64,000 nt of DNA from Octopus sinensis (taxonomy: Eukaryota), in the NCBI RefSeq assembly GCF_006345805.1, contig NC_042999.1, forward strand, positions 135,656,001-135,720,000. The letters run 5' to 3'. Under the pieces are notes generated by a model, which did no database searches, was not told the origin of the DNA, and saw only the letters and a list, made by a program, of their open reading frames with translations. The translations under genes and the position numbers were made by a program. Positions 41,935 through 55,347 of the stretch are shown here, piece by piece. Positions within the stretch are counted from its first letter, which is position 1. Each line of letters starts with the position of its first letter.

Positions 41935-44900
41935 GCATACATACATACATACATACATACATGCATATATATATTTATATATATGACAGGTTACTTCCTT
42001 TCCATCTAATAATTTCACTATCAGGGTAGTTATCAGCCTGGGGCTATAGAAGACACTTACCCAGGTGCAGCACAGTGAGACTGAACCAAGGACCTCATAA
42101 CCACACAACCATGCTAACATTTTGCCTTCAACACTTCCATCTAGCTCTTCCTCTTGTGCAGGGTTACTCGTTTACAGCTGAATGGACTAGAGTAATGTGA
42201 AATGAAGTGTTTTGCTCAAGAACACAACACACCACTCAGTACAGAAAGCTAAACCACGAATCTTGCAGCCATGAATGCAACACCCTAACTAGTAGACCAT
42301 GCACTTCAATCTATTACATACAATCATATAATGCAAAGAAAATCAGCTGACCATTTTAGCAGCTTCATCCAAGTTATCACAAGACAAAATTTTCAAGTTA
42401 CTTGAAGCAATCAAAGCTTTGGCATCTTCTACCCTTGTTCCTGAAAAAGAAAAAAAAAAAAAGACAAAGACTTTTAGCACATAAATGCATAGTGTCTCTA
42501 AAGCATGACAGTCAGAAAATTACACAAATTAACCCTTTAGCGTTCAGATTACTCTTTCAAATATAATGCTTGTTTATTCACATTATTTTGAATTAATCTA
42601 GACTTCAATAGTGTTACTGATTAGTTTTAGAATGACATTGTAGGGTAGGTGTGACAGGCTGGATCTGTCCAATTTGAACACAAAACTGTTAGAATATTTG
42701 GGTCTGATATGGCCGTTTTAAATGCTAAAGGGTTAAACTTTATACATTACCGTATTAGCTGCCATGACAGCAAGAATTAAATAGGTTTGTTGTACAGAAT
42801 ATTGTTGATCATGCTAGTCTTCTATCATGTCATTCATGACACCCATCCTCTTGATATTTGACCTTAAAACAACTTACACTTACACTGATGATGGATTTTC
42901 ATGTTGATTCCAACATATGAGCAGCCAATTGTTTTATCAGTGGATAATCTGCTAACTGAATTAGCATGTGAAAGTGACTGAGTATCATACAGACACATGT
43001 ACCATTAATGTAATTCTCAAGCAGAATCAGTTTAACACAAATATGTTACACAAATTCAAGAGTGAAGGTATAGTTCATCTTACAGGATTCTATACAGTTT
43101 CCAGCCAACCAATTTCACTCAAAAAACTTCAGTCGATTAAAAACTATGGTAAATGCATATGCCCAAGATGCCATGCAGTGGGATTGAACCTAGAAGTTTG
43201 TGACTGCAAAACAAACTTCTTAAATCACTTAGCCACTCCTGTATCCACTTTCACAGATACCTTGCAAAGAAAGCAGAAAAGAACTTCTCCTCCCAACACT
43301 CATACACCATACACACCACATATCCAAACCAGTACAATCATCTCTACCATTTGTTTTAATTGATACATTTATTATTCTTTCAGCTTACTTGAGTTCCATT
43401 TCACACAAAGGCATCTTGAACAAAATGATTTTAATTAAAGTAAATTTAAATAGAAGATTAGATAGTAACAGGAATGACGAACTTACCTTGTAGTCTAACT
43501 ACAATAGGGATGCGTAGTTGCAGCTCTGCAGCTGCAGCTATAATACCTTGAGCAATAACATCACATCGCATGATACCACCAAATATATTCACCAAAATAG
43601 CTTGAACCTATAAAAGTATCAGAATTTTATTTTCTGCAATTTGTTTCTAAAATGTTTAATGTTTGTCAAACAAATTTTAACTTCAAAGTAGTCAGGGTTT
43701 CTTGAATTTGAATATAAATAACTCAGATAATATAAATTTTGTTATTTGTATATGATTTGTAAGAAGGTGAAAATAGCTTATATAACATTATTACATAAAA
43801 TAAGATTTTACAGATAACCAGTCTTTTCAGCTGATAAATAAAGTTAGTAGTTAAATTCTGACAAAGATAAACCTTTCCAAAAACATTTCATTTTGTAGGT
43901 CCAGTAATTTTAGCAGGACAGCAATCCTTAAGAAAATGACAGGATAATAAATCTGATGTTTAGATTTTGCTTTCTATGTGTTATGAATTACAAAAAGGAA
44001 GACCAAAACTGAATAGAAGAATAGAATCAAAGGATTTAAGATTCTAATTAAATTTTTAAAAATATACTAGACTACTAGTGACCCGTTGGATCACCTGGAA
44101 AGTCTGAGTTTCCCCAGCAACGGAGTTTTGTTTCAAGGGTCGTTTTTTCTTTTCCAGGTTATTTCGCATGCTTTCAATGAATGTGACATTGTGACCATGC
44201 GTAAACAGCTTCTTCCCCAAAAAAGGAAAACATTTGGCTGCTATTTCTTGCACGCCCTGTTGCCACATAACAGGTACTTCAGGCCCTTTATTGCAAATAG
44301 CTGTTACAAGGCACCAGGGTATGCTAGAAATAGCAGCCAAATCTTTGGAGCTGAGATTCGTTGAATGCACTCAAAAAGGTTTTTGCAATGGTATTCCCTT
44401 CGGGCAATCTTTCGCTTTGACTCTCAGAACTGTCATCCAGATCAGCTGGTTTTTTTCGTAAATTTCCATAATTTTTAAAATTTATTTACTTTTGTTTAAA
44501 AGTGAAAGAGACGAGAAAGTGCAAGATGTATGAATGTGTATATGAAATGGATGTGTGTGTGTGTGTGTGAGGGAGAGAGTAAGAGAGTATCACTTACACA
44601 TACATGAGAACACATTTACTCACTCTCTGACACACACATGCACATGTAAATACAAAAAAGATGTATGCATATGTACTGATGTATGTACATATACATGACA
44701 ACACACTCCTTCACTCACTCTCTCTCTCCTTCACACACACACACATCCATTTCATATACACATACATACATCTTTCACTTTTTCCTCCTACTCTTTACTC
44801 TTTTACTCTTTTACTTGTTTCAGTCATTTGACTGCGGCCATGCTGGAGCACCGCCTTAAATCGAGCAACTCGACCCCTTTCACTTTAAAACAAAAGTAAA

Positions 44901-47900
44901 ATAAAAATTTGTTACAGAAATTAGCGAACTCCAGATGATAAGCAAAAGATTGCCATTCACTTGAAAATAATTTTAAAAAACATATTGTCTGTTTAAAGAA
45001 AGCTAAAATATAAATATTTACTGGGCAAAAGTAAAGAATACATAAATCCAGGGGTTAGGGTTAGGGTTTTTATTACGCTGAAAATAGGTGGTGTACATAT
45101 TCTTTACCTCCACCACTTACTGTACAAACAACCTACATTTTTGAAATTACATTCAGTTGAAAGTATTTCTAAATGATTAAAACATTGTATATGTCAAAAA
45201 ATCAACATTTTTTTCTTAGAGAACATGAAGACTATGTGTGTGTGTACGTGTCACAGATAGCCAACAAGTGTTTGTGTTGACTGACATGCCATGACATTCA
45301 TTATGTGTATGTGTGTTGATGTCACAGAAGTGATGTTTTATTTTTCGCCAAGAATTAACAAATTGTTTTCCTTAACAAATAGAGTCCTAAATATCACAAA
45401 ATTTTGTACTGCACTGCCATATATGTAATTGTGAAAATAAATATGCAAAAAAAAATTAAGATAAAATATACTATCTCTGAGATATTTTGAGTACACACAA
45501 ACATCTCTAGAGTTTTAGTTTTATCAAAATATCTTATCAAAGTATCTTTAGTTTTACCAAAATATTTTATCAAAATATCTTATCAAAGTATCTTAAGTTT
45601 TCTCTTTAATAAGTAAAATATCTATTAATATACAGTCAGTACTTTATCCAATGACAACGTACAAATTTTTAGCATATTACTGATCTGCAAACCAACAACA
45701 ATGTGTCCCTATGTTATTGAAGCTGCTAGAAATAGCAGCCAGATCATACCATATTATCTTCAAAAAAGTGCAAAAATACATACACATTGAATAATATAGT
45801 TTTAGATATGGGAAAGGTTGCAGGGAAAGATGGGATAGTCACAGCTAGACAACCTGAGATCATGAGTCAGTTTGATTAGGGTAGATCTGGAGCTAAATCA
45901 GCAACAAAAATTATTGTTTATGCTTTGATAAAATAGCCATAAATCTTTCAAAATAGTTTAATATGGCTAAAAATAACCTAAGAAATTAAAATGTAAATAT
46001 ATTTTTTTTTTATCAGTCAGCAGATACTAGCACTGATTAGCAAACAATTTGTTTGCTGAATTTATAAACAAAGCCGGGTGACTTATTCAGGATTAAAGGT
46101 TTGGACACTTCTGATTGATGAGACACAACATGTCAAAACTCTAGTGTGGTAGAATTCCTTGCACTGAGTTGTGTTATGAACACACTGCCATTGTAAATGA
46201 AAGTTGTTTTTGTGTGATGTACACAAAACTGACAAGCATATTATTGTTATCTGCTGGGATGTATTAAGAATATACAAGTCATTGTTTCAGATCTCACTTT
46301 TCACAGTGCAAATAATGATTTGAAAAACAAAAAATTTAAATAGAGTTATTTCTTCATTAGAAACAAGTTTATAGGACTCTACATCCTTCCAGCGAGACAG
46401 GCTTATTGATCCAATGTTTATGTCTGTTTTTTTGAATTTTCAATGTTAGCATGTTTATTATAAAAAGCTATTATAAAGTCAAAAAAGGTTCCATAGATAA
46501 ATAAAGATTCCTCATTAAGCACTACATAGTCTAAATAATTAATTTGCATGTAGGTACACTTTGGATTTCAGAGTTTCTTCTGGCCTCATCCCAGCTGAGC
46601 AGTGATTGCCAAGCCTGTGGTCATCTGCTCCACTTAAAGCTATAATGAAAATGCTGGAACACACAGCTGTACAATTCAGACTGGGAATGTTGCTTCATGA
46701 TACCACAGCAACATATTAACTTCTTGCTTTCACTGTGCTATCATAATTTGTGCAGTGATTTGCAGGAATATGAAACCCCTAAATCCAAAATATGGCCTTC
46801 TTAACATCCCAATAAAAATGCTGTTTATTTTTTTTTTTTCAATATAGTTATTGGATTACTCAGACACCAGAACAGTCCTTTGATGTATTTGAATAATGTG
46901 ATTCTACTGCAATCATTGCTAATACTTCCATATATACAGAAATAGAGTGAAAGCAGGCTGAATATCTTGTACTGACTGCATCACTGCACTCTATAAGAGA
47001 GGTACTGCAGGGCAATTTTTCAGGCAATTCTTTGTACATCATAGATCAGTTTATGTAATACTGAAAGGTGCTACTAAACATCTTATCCAAGAACTTATAT
47101 AAATGCCCAAACTTTTCAACTTGTTCAATCCATAGTGAAAAAAAAATGCCTTCCTAATATGATTATTGGAGAAACTTGTTTAATTGTGATCTACAATTCA
47201 TATTAAAATGATGATTTTTTTCTAAGCTAAATTTATTAACATCACAATATTTTCTAAGATTAGGATTTTATATCAATCAAAGTCACAATCTCTCAGATAA
47301 TTAACGCCATGAAACATATTTTACTTAGTGGAAATAAAACACATCAAAACTTACATTTTGATCTGAAGTAATGAGGCGGAATGCTTCAGTGACTTGCTTG
47401 GCTGTAGCTCCACCTCCCACATCTAGGAAATTAGCTGGATTTCCTCCATGAAGTTTGATTATGTCCATTGTTGCCATTGCTAAGCCAGCACCATTTACTG
47501 AAAGAAAATAATAAATTTAGGATATTCTAAAGAATATCATTAACAAACTGTTTTCCTAGAAATACAAAAAACTCTTCCTATAGTTAAAGAATGTTAATAC
47601 AATTAAATATTAGATATTCAAATATTTAGTTTTAATACAGGCCTGGCTGTCTAGTAAGAAACATGCTTCCCAACTACATGGTTCCAGGTTCAGCCCTACT
47701 GCATGGCACCTTGGGCAAGTGTCTTCTATGGCCTAGGGTCAACCAAAGCTTTGTGAATGGATTTGGTAAATGGAAGCTGAAAGAAGCTTGTGTGTGTGCA
47801 TGTCTCTCACTCGACAACTGGTGTTGATATGTTTATGTCCCTGTAACTTAGTGGTTCAGTAAAAGAGACCAATAGAATAGGCACCAGGCTTTTAAAAAAC

Positions 47901-50900
47901 AAAAAGAGCTGGAATTGATACATTCGACTAAAAATTCTTCAAGGTGGTACCTCAGCATGGCTGCAGTCTAATGACTGAAACAAATAAAACAATAAGAATA
48001 AAAGAATGGGGGAAACAGATAAAATTACATTGGGATCTTGCCACTTGTTATCAACATTGCATTGATTTAAAAAAAAAACTGCAGTAACTCTTTCAAAATG
48101 GTTGCAGAAAATATAATTAGTTATTAGTTTGTGATTATATGTTCTAGTGTTTCCTCCATGAGGTCTGATATGTAAATTAAAAAATTCAAACTTACCCAAA
48201 CAGCCTATACTGCCATCCAATCCAATGTAGTTTAGATCAGCATCAGCAGCCTGATGATCACGTGGATCTTCTTGTGACCAGTCTTTCCATGCAAAAATAT
48301 CTTTTTGGCGGTGGGCAGCATTGTCATCGAAATTTAGTTTACAGTCCATACAATATACTGGAAAAAGCAAAAATACACTTTTAAAAGAGCTTTATATAAA
48401 TAGCATAGTAAGACAACAGGGTAATGCCATTAATAGGAGGAGTTAGGAAGATAAAGAAGGTGGGCAATTCTCTAAGATACATGGTCTGGTGGTGTTGGTG
48501 AAGGGGTGGAGGTGGGTGGGCTAGCAAGGATAATGTGCTGGTGTATTCTCCTAAGGAGATACGTGGCCTTGGTGGGGGCAATCAACCTCAGAATCACAAA
48601 AGTACATTTCATTAGGAAAACACCCAGCCTTAACTGCTGGAATGAGCTCAATGGCTGGAAGTATATCTAGACATCTACTGCTTCCAGAGCCTTTAACCAG
48701 CACCAGCAATGACCACCACAAGAAAAAAAAAAAGCATAAGAAAAGAACATCTGATGAAAGATCTTTGATCTGAAAGCACTCGTGATTAAACCTAACAACT
48801 AGCAACAAGGATCACCCCAGAAACACTAGCAAATTATCCTTTATATCAAGATTATCATTTAATAATTTTCATAATACCAAAAAAGTTAGGCTTATGTAAG
48901 TGGCTTTAAAGATGATTTGTTATGGTTGTATATGAAAGGATTTATAAAAGTTAGTGACTCTGCACTGGTAAAATCAGTATGATCTGATACTAGATCTAGT
49001 CAAGATTAGCTTTGTTTTTCATATTTCCAGGATCAGTAAAATAAGTACCAGTGAAGAACTGGGTTGATTATACTGTACCCTGCAAAATTGAAGCTATTGT
49101 GCCAATTTTAGAAATAAATATTTTAGCATATTTTTCAGTATGCAGTGTAAGCATTCCCCAAAACATCACTATCTTTCCAAATCCTGCTGTATTTCACATG
49201 GAAATTTTATCCCCCAAAGTTGTCTTGGTGGATAAGTCGGCCTACCTTTTTTTGGCAGTAAATTTCAATTTGAAAAATTCGACTTATATGCTGGGAGATA
49301 CAGCAGTCAAATTAGAGTACTAGATATAGAGAAATTTCTACCACTACCAAACAAATATTATAAATGAAGATGGACAGATGGATAGCATAGCTGTGAACCT
49401 GATATGTTGGAAGTACTGTCATATTGTTAGCCTATGTCATATACTTTATAAGTTACCTTGAAAAAATATAATTATACTTTACCATCTCCATTAGCATCTT
49501 CTGATAGAGGGTTTATTTCAACCATGGTTGCATCATACTTAATAAACACATTGTACAATTTCTGCATAATATCAACAACCTAAAATGAAACAGATTAAAT
49601 TCATAAAATTTAAAAAGGAAAAAAAAAAACCGCTTTTAGTCAAAGATAAATATTGAAAAACAGTAGTAATAACTTCCAAAATGTAATATATATCTTTTGT
49701 CTTTTACTTGTTTCAGTCATTAGACTGTGGCCATGATGGGGCAGTCTTAGATTTTTAGTCAAATGACCCCAGTATTTATTTTTTTAAGCCTGGTACTTAT
49801 TTTATTGGTATCTTTTGTTGAAACCCTAACTTTTGGGGATGCAAACACATCAACACCAGTTGTCAAGTGATGATGGTGGGAACAAACACAGACACAAAGA
49901 CATACACACACATAGATATATATTCACAAGTTCTTTTTCAGTTTCCATCTACCAAATCCACTCACAAAGCTTTGGTTGGCCTGAGGCCAAAGTAGAAGAC
50001 ACTTGCCCAAGGTATAGTTGGACTAAGCCTGGAACCCAGTGGTTGGGAAGCAAGCTTCTTACCATACAGCCATGCCTGCACCTATATATTTTTGAAGTAT
50101 GTGTGTGCATGTATGTATATGTTGTGTACGTGCGTTTTATGGTTTTTGTGTTTAGTGTGTGTGTGCATTCCTGTGCATGTGTATGAGTGTGTGTGTATAT
50201 ATATATATATATAGATTAAAACCAGAAATGAAGATGCAAATGGTTTGGCAAGATTTAACAAGGACTTTTAATTTAGCTATATAATAAAAAAGGTGTACAT
50301 AGTCTCTAACAGCAGTTTCTAGAATATCCCATCAATTAAACATCATGTCGAGTGAAGAATCCATAAGCCGAGTATTCTGTCATTGAAGAGGGAGAGGTTA
50401 AACAAATGTAGCAATGGAGGGACATAACTCATCAATATTATTGTATTCATTTTTTTCTAAAAAGGAAGGAGCAATACATATTCATTAGGTAAATCCATGA
50501 ACAAATGAAAAGAATTCTAATTGGTACATCCACAATAGCTCTACTTCCCATCGATCCTTCACAGATCTTCATCCCTTCCTTTATTTGCACACCCAAAATA
50601 TAACTAGTATAATTTTCCTCAGCTGCAACAACATATTTAATAGAATACCATTAGGCCTCAAACTTCTGTTTATTACCACCACTACCCTGTCCCTACCCAA
50701 CCTGTAGGCCTGACATCTGCTTTTATTCATTCCTTATCTATTTGTCTTTCCAGTCACACCCCATAACCTCTCTGGTCAAGAGTGTATCATCATCATCATC
50801 ATCATCGTTTAACGTCCGTTTTCCGCGCTAGCACGGGTTGGACGGTTTCGACCGGGGTCTGGGGAGCTCGGGACTGCCCCAGGCTCCAGTCTAGTCTGGC

Positions 50901-51715
50901 AGTGTTTCTACAGCTGGATGCCCTTCCTAACGCCAACCACTCCGCGAGTGTAGTGGCTGTTTTTTACGTGCCACCTGCACAGGTGCCAGAGGGGTCTGGC
51001 ATCGGCCACGTTCGGATGGTGCTTTTTATGTGGGGGGGGGGGTGTGCAGAAATATAGGGAAGCACCAGTGGGGAGGGGTGGTTCAGAGAAATGATGACAG
51101 GTTCTAGGCAAGTAGAACGTAGGATATCGAGAGAGGGGTAATGCATGGTGAAATAGCGTATTGAAGAGGGGGGGGTTCGAAGAGTAGACACCTATAATGG
51201 TGGTGGGAGAAGCGACATCCGGTATAGATGGAGCAAAAATATAGATATCCAGTATTGGTGGTGGGGGTGGGTAGGGCGGGTGCACCGCGAAGATACGAAT
51301 GTTGATTAATACGAGGAGAAATGATATGAAATGAATAAGATTAGATAAGATAGACAGATAGAGAAATTTGATAAAATTATGAATGGTCAAAGATAGACAG
51401 AGAAATTTGATAAAATTATAAATGGTCAGTAAAGAGTTGAAAATAGCAATTCAAAACACCTATCTTGTTCGCAATCGGAAATTCACAGCTTGTAGATGAG
51501 AGAGAGAGAGAGAGAGATAGTACATGTGAATTAGAGAGAAAAGGCTTCAAGATGGCGCGAAGATACGAATGTTGATTAATACGAGGAGAAATGAATAAGA
51601 TTAGATAAGATAGATAGACAGAGAAATTTGATAAAATTATGAATGGTCAGTAAAGAGTTGAAAATAGCAATTCAAAACACCTATCTTGTTCGCAATCGGA
51701 AATTCACAGCTTGTA

Positions 51716-51749
<34 letters not shown>

Positions 51750-51920
51750 TACATGTGAATTAGAGAGAAAAGGCTTCAAGATGGCGCGAAGATACGAATG
51801 TTGATTAATACGAGGAGAAATGATATGAAATGAATAAGATTAGATAAGATAGACAGATAGAGAAATTTGATAAAATTATGAATGGTCAAAGATAGACAGA
51901 GAAATTTGATAAAATTATGA

Positions 51921-51967
<47 letters not shown>

Positions 51968-54900
51968 AATATTAGGCAGTAAATCCAAACTTACAGGGAA
52001 AAATTAGATTTAGGATTAAATCAAATTTCACAGTATAAATATAAATTAAATTAGAGATAAAACCACTATTAGGCAAATCAAACAGTGAAAAACATAAACC
52101 AAAACATAAAAATAGATATAATTAATATAATATACAAAATATATAAAATATAAAATTTAAAATTAAATTATTCAAATTTAAAATTTTTAATTTATATTTA
52201 TAAATTTTTATATTTTTTTAAAATTTTAAATTCATAAAATTTTAACTTTTAATTTTTTTGATATTTATTTATTTTTATATATAACTATCGAATTGGGTTA
52301 TGGCCATGAAACGTACATAGTGGTTTTACTTATTATATTATATTAAACTTTTTAATACCTTTTTGATAGTTATATAAAAATAAATAAATAAATATAAATA
52401 TTAAAAATTAAAAAATTTATAAATTTAAAATTTTTTTAAAATATAAAAAATATAAAAATTTATAAATATAAATTAAAAATTTTAATTTAAATAATTTAAT
52501 TTTATATATTTTGTATATTATATTAATTATATTTATTTTTATGTTTTGGTTTATGTTTTTCACTGCTTGATTTGCCTAATAGTGGTTTTATCTCTAATTT
52601 AATTTAAGTTTATATATATATATAATACCCACCATTTATCTGCCTGTCTTCCTCCCTCTATAGTGTACCATACTTCTTCTTTCAATATTTTATCCAACAT
52701 CGGAACTGCAAACATCTATTTCTCCTCTCGCTATGGATTGTAACCAAACCATTCTCTCTGTTTTAATTCTACTAGTGGATATTACTGATTCTTTTCATTT
52801 GTTCATGGATTTACTTAATGAATACATATTTTAACTTCTTGCCCTACACTTTGCCTGTTGTGTGTTTCATTGCAACACACAGAAAAACAATGAATTCACA
52901 GAATACTTATATTATGTTACAGAAGAATAGGACTGCTTTTCAGATTACGTGGCTTGCTTATCCAGAACAAACATTTCTTAACATTGAAATAGAAATTTGT
53001 GTCCAGGAATGATCTTCTGTCATGTAATTGTAGCAGGTAAAAATTATAAACATAAACTTATAACTAACCAAATTTTCTACAGCCAATAGCTGTTTTTAAT
53101 ATTGTGGGTTGACAAAATCCTTATAGTATCAGACAAAATGCCTTCAACCATTTGTTCCAACACTTTATATTCTGAGATCAAATCAAACCGAGCTTTTTAT
53201 CCCTCTGGGGTTGATGAAATAAAGTACCAGTCAAGTGCTGGGGCTGAATGATATCAACTAAACCTTACCCCTCAAAATTGTTGGAGCCTTGTGCCTAAAT
53301 TAGGAACCATTATTATGGCAGAAAAAAGGCGGCAAGCTGATAGAATTGTTAGCACACTGGGCAGAATGCTTAGCGACATTTTGTCTGTCTTCGTGCTCTG
53401 AGTTCAAATTCTGCTGAGACTGACTTTGTCTTTCATCCTATCGGGGTTGATAAAATAAGTACCAGTTGAATACTGGAGTCAATGTAATTGACTTACCCAC
53501 TCCTCCAAAATTCCTGGCCCAGCACCAAAATTAGAAATCATTATTGTAGCAGAAAAAATTCCTTTCTGCCATAATCTCTAAATTTTTAAAAATCCATATT
53601 TGTTATTGAAAGACAAATTACAATGAGAAAATGTTGATTTTTAATTCACAGTAATATATCATATTTTACCTGCTCAATAGATTTTCCAGCCATTCCCAAT
53701 TTTTTTGCCATCTCTAAGCATTGTTCTTTTGTTAGTCCAGTATTAATATCAATGGGTTCTTTGATAATAGCATCAGGATTATCCCTAGCAACATCTTCAA
53801 TTGCCATCCCACCTTGCATACTGCTGACCATCACAGGACCCTAGAATAAAATGAACATATATACAAACAATCCCATTATAATGAAGATCTGGCTACAACA
53901 TCAGAGGAAATAAAGCTGATATTAAAATAAACAATTAAATAAGCAGCTAAACTTGCTAATTCAAAAGGCCCTTAGGCCTATTTGCTAATGTCAGAAGTAT
54001 CAAGGTCAGCATATTTGACATAACATGTCTGCCATATTGGGAACATTTATGATCAGAAAAATAATAAATTTACACAAAAAAAATTTCGTATTAAATACTT
54101 GAAATTTTTACACTAAAATTATTTAATACTTTTTGTGAACATTCAAAGTGCAAGCTAATTTTATTATGAAAATGTTAAAAATTAATTTTACTATAAACAT
54201 GCTTTACACATATATAAATGTATGTTAGTCAAAAACTTCCAAAACATGTATACTCTGCCAGCAAGCAAAAAATAAAAAAAATAAAAGAATTTCTGCATGA
54301 AAATGTGGTATACAGTGTTAGTTAGAATGTGACACTGTTACAATATGTTCACAGTTTATAATCTGTGATTTTAGAAGCATTTTTTTCCACACATAAAATA
54401 CCAACTCCATAACTTATTTGATATAAATGCTTCATAGCAATGTTGTCCATCTCTAAAGTTCATTCATAGCAATGTTGTCCATCTCAAAAGTTCACTTACA
54501 ATTATCAACTCTTAAGACTAATCTTTTCTAATGAAGAAATACACAGGCATTTTTTTAAAGTCAATTTTCTTTACCTTACTGATGGTGCCCTTGCTAAATG
54601 GTTTTCCTGAGGGAGCTACCCAAATATACAGAGCCACTTGAAAGTTGTTAAATCAATTTAATATCCACAAACCATTAATATGGAAAAAAATCCAGACATT
54701 TGAATTGAATATAGGTCATATTTTATCAACTCCAGTGAAATTTGCACACAAAACATATTAAAGAGAACCAACTAAATAATACAAAGCATTCATGCTGTTG
54801 CTGTGCTGTTTCAACATAGGTAACATTTATAAGCAAATCTTTAATCTTTTACTTGTCTCAATCATTAACTGTGGCCATGCTGAGGCACCACCTTGAAGAA

Positions 54901-55303
54901 TTTTTAGCCAAATGCATCGACCCCAGTACTTATTGTTTTAAGCCTGGTACTTATTCTATTGATCTCTTTTGCTGAACCACTATAGGAATGTAAACAAACC
55001 TACACCAGTTGTCAAGCAGTGGTGAGGGGCAATCACAGACAAAGACACACACACATATATGATGGGCATCTTCCAGTTTCTGTTTACCATATCTACTCAC
55101 AAGGGTTTAGTCCTGAGGCTGTGGTAGAAGACACTTGCCCAAGATGCCACACAGTGGGACTGAACCCAGAACCATGAGGTTGGGAAGCAAGCTTCTTACC
55201 ACACCAGCATGCCTGCATCTATATATAAGCTAGCTTGGAAAAAATGAACATTAAATAAACATATTTACATACTCCTCCCCCCACATACTCATTCACACCA
55301 CCG

Positions 55304-55347
<44 letters not shown>

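Noticed and set aside
45051-45068. TTAGGG repeats as an interstitial telomere or fusion site
   Set aside because: Only about 2.5 units, embedded in a mobile element.
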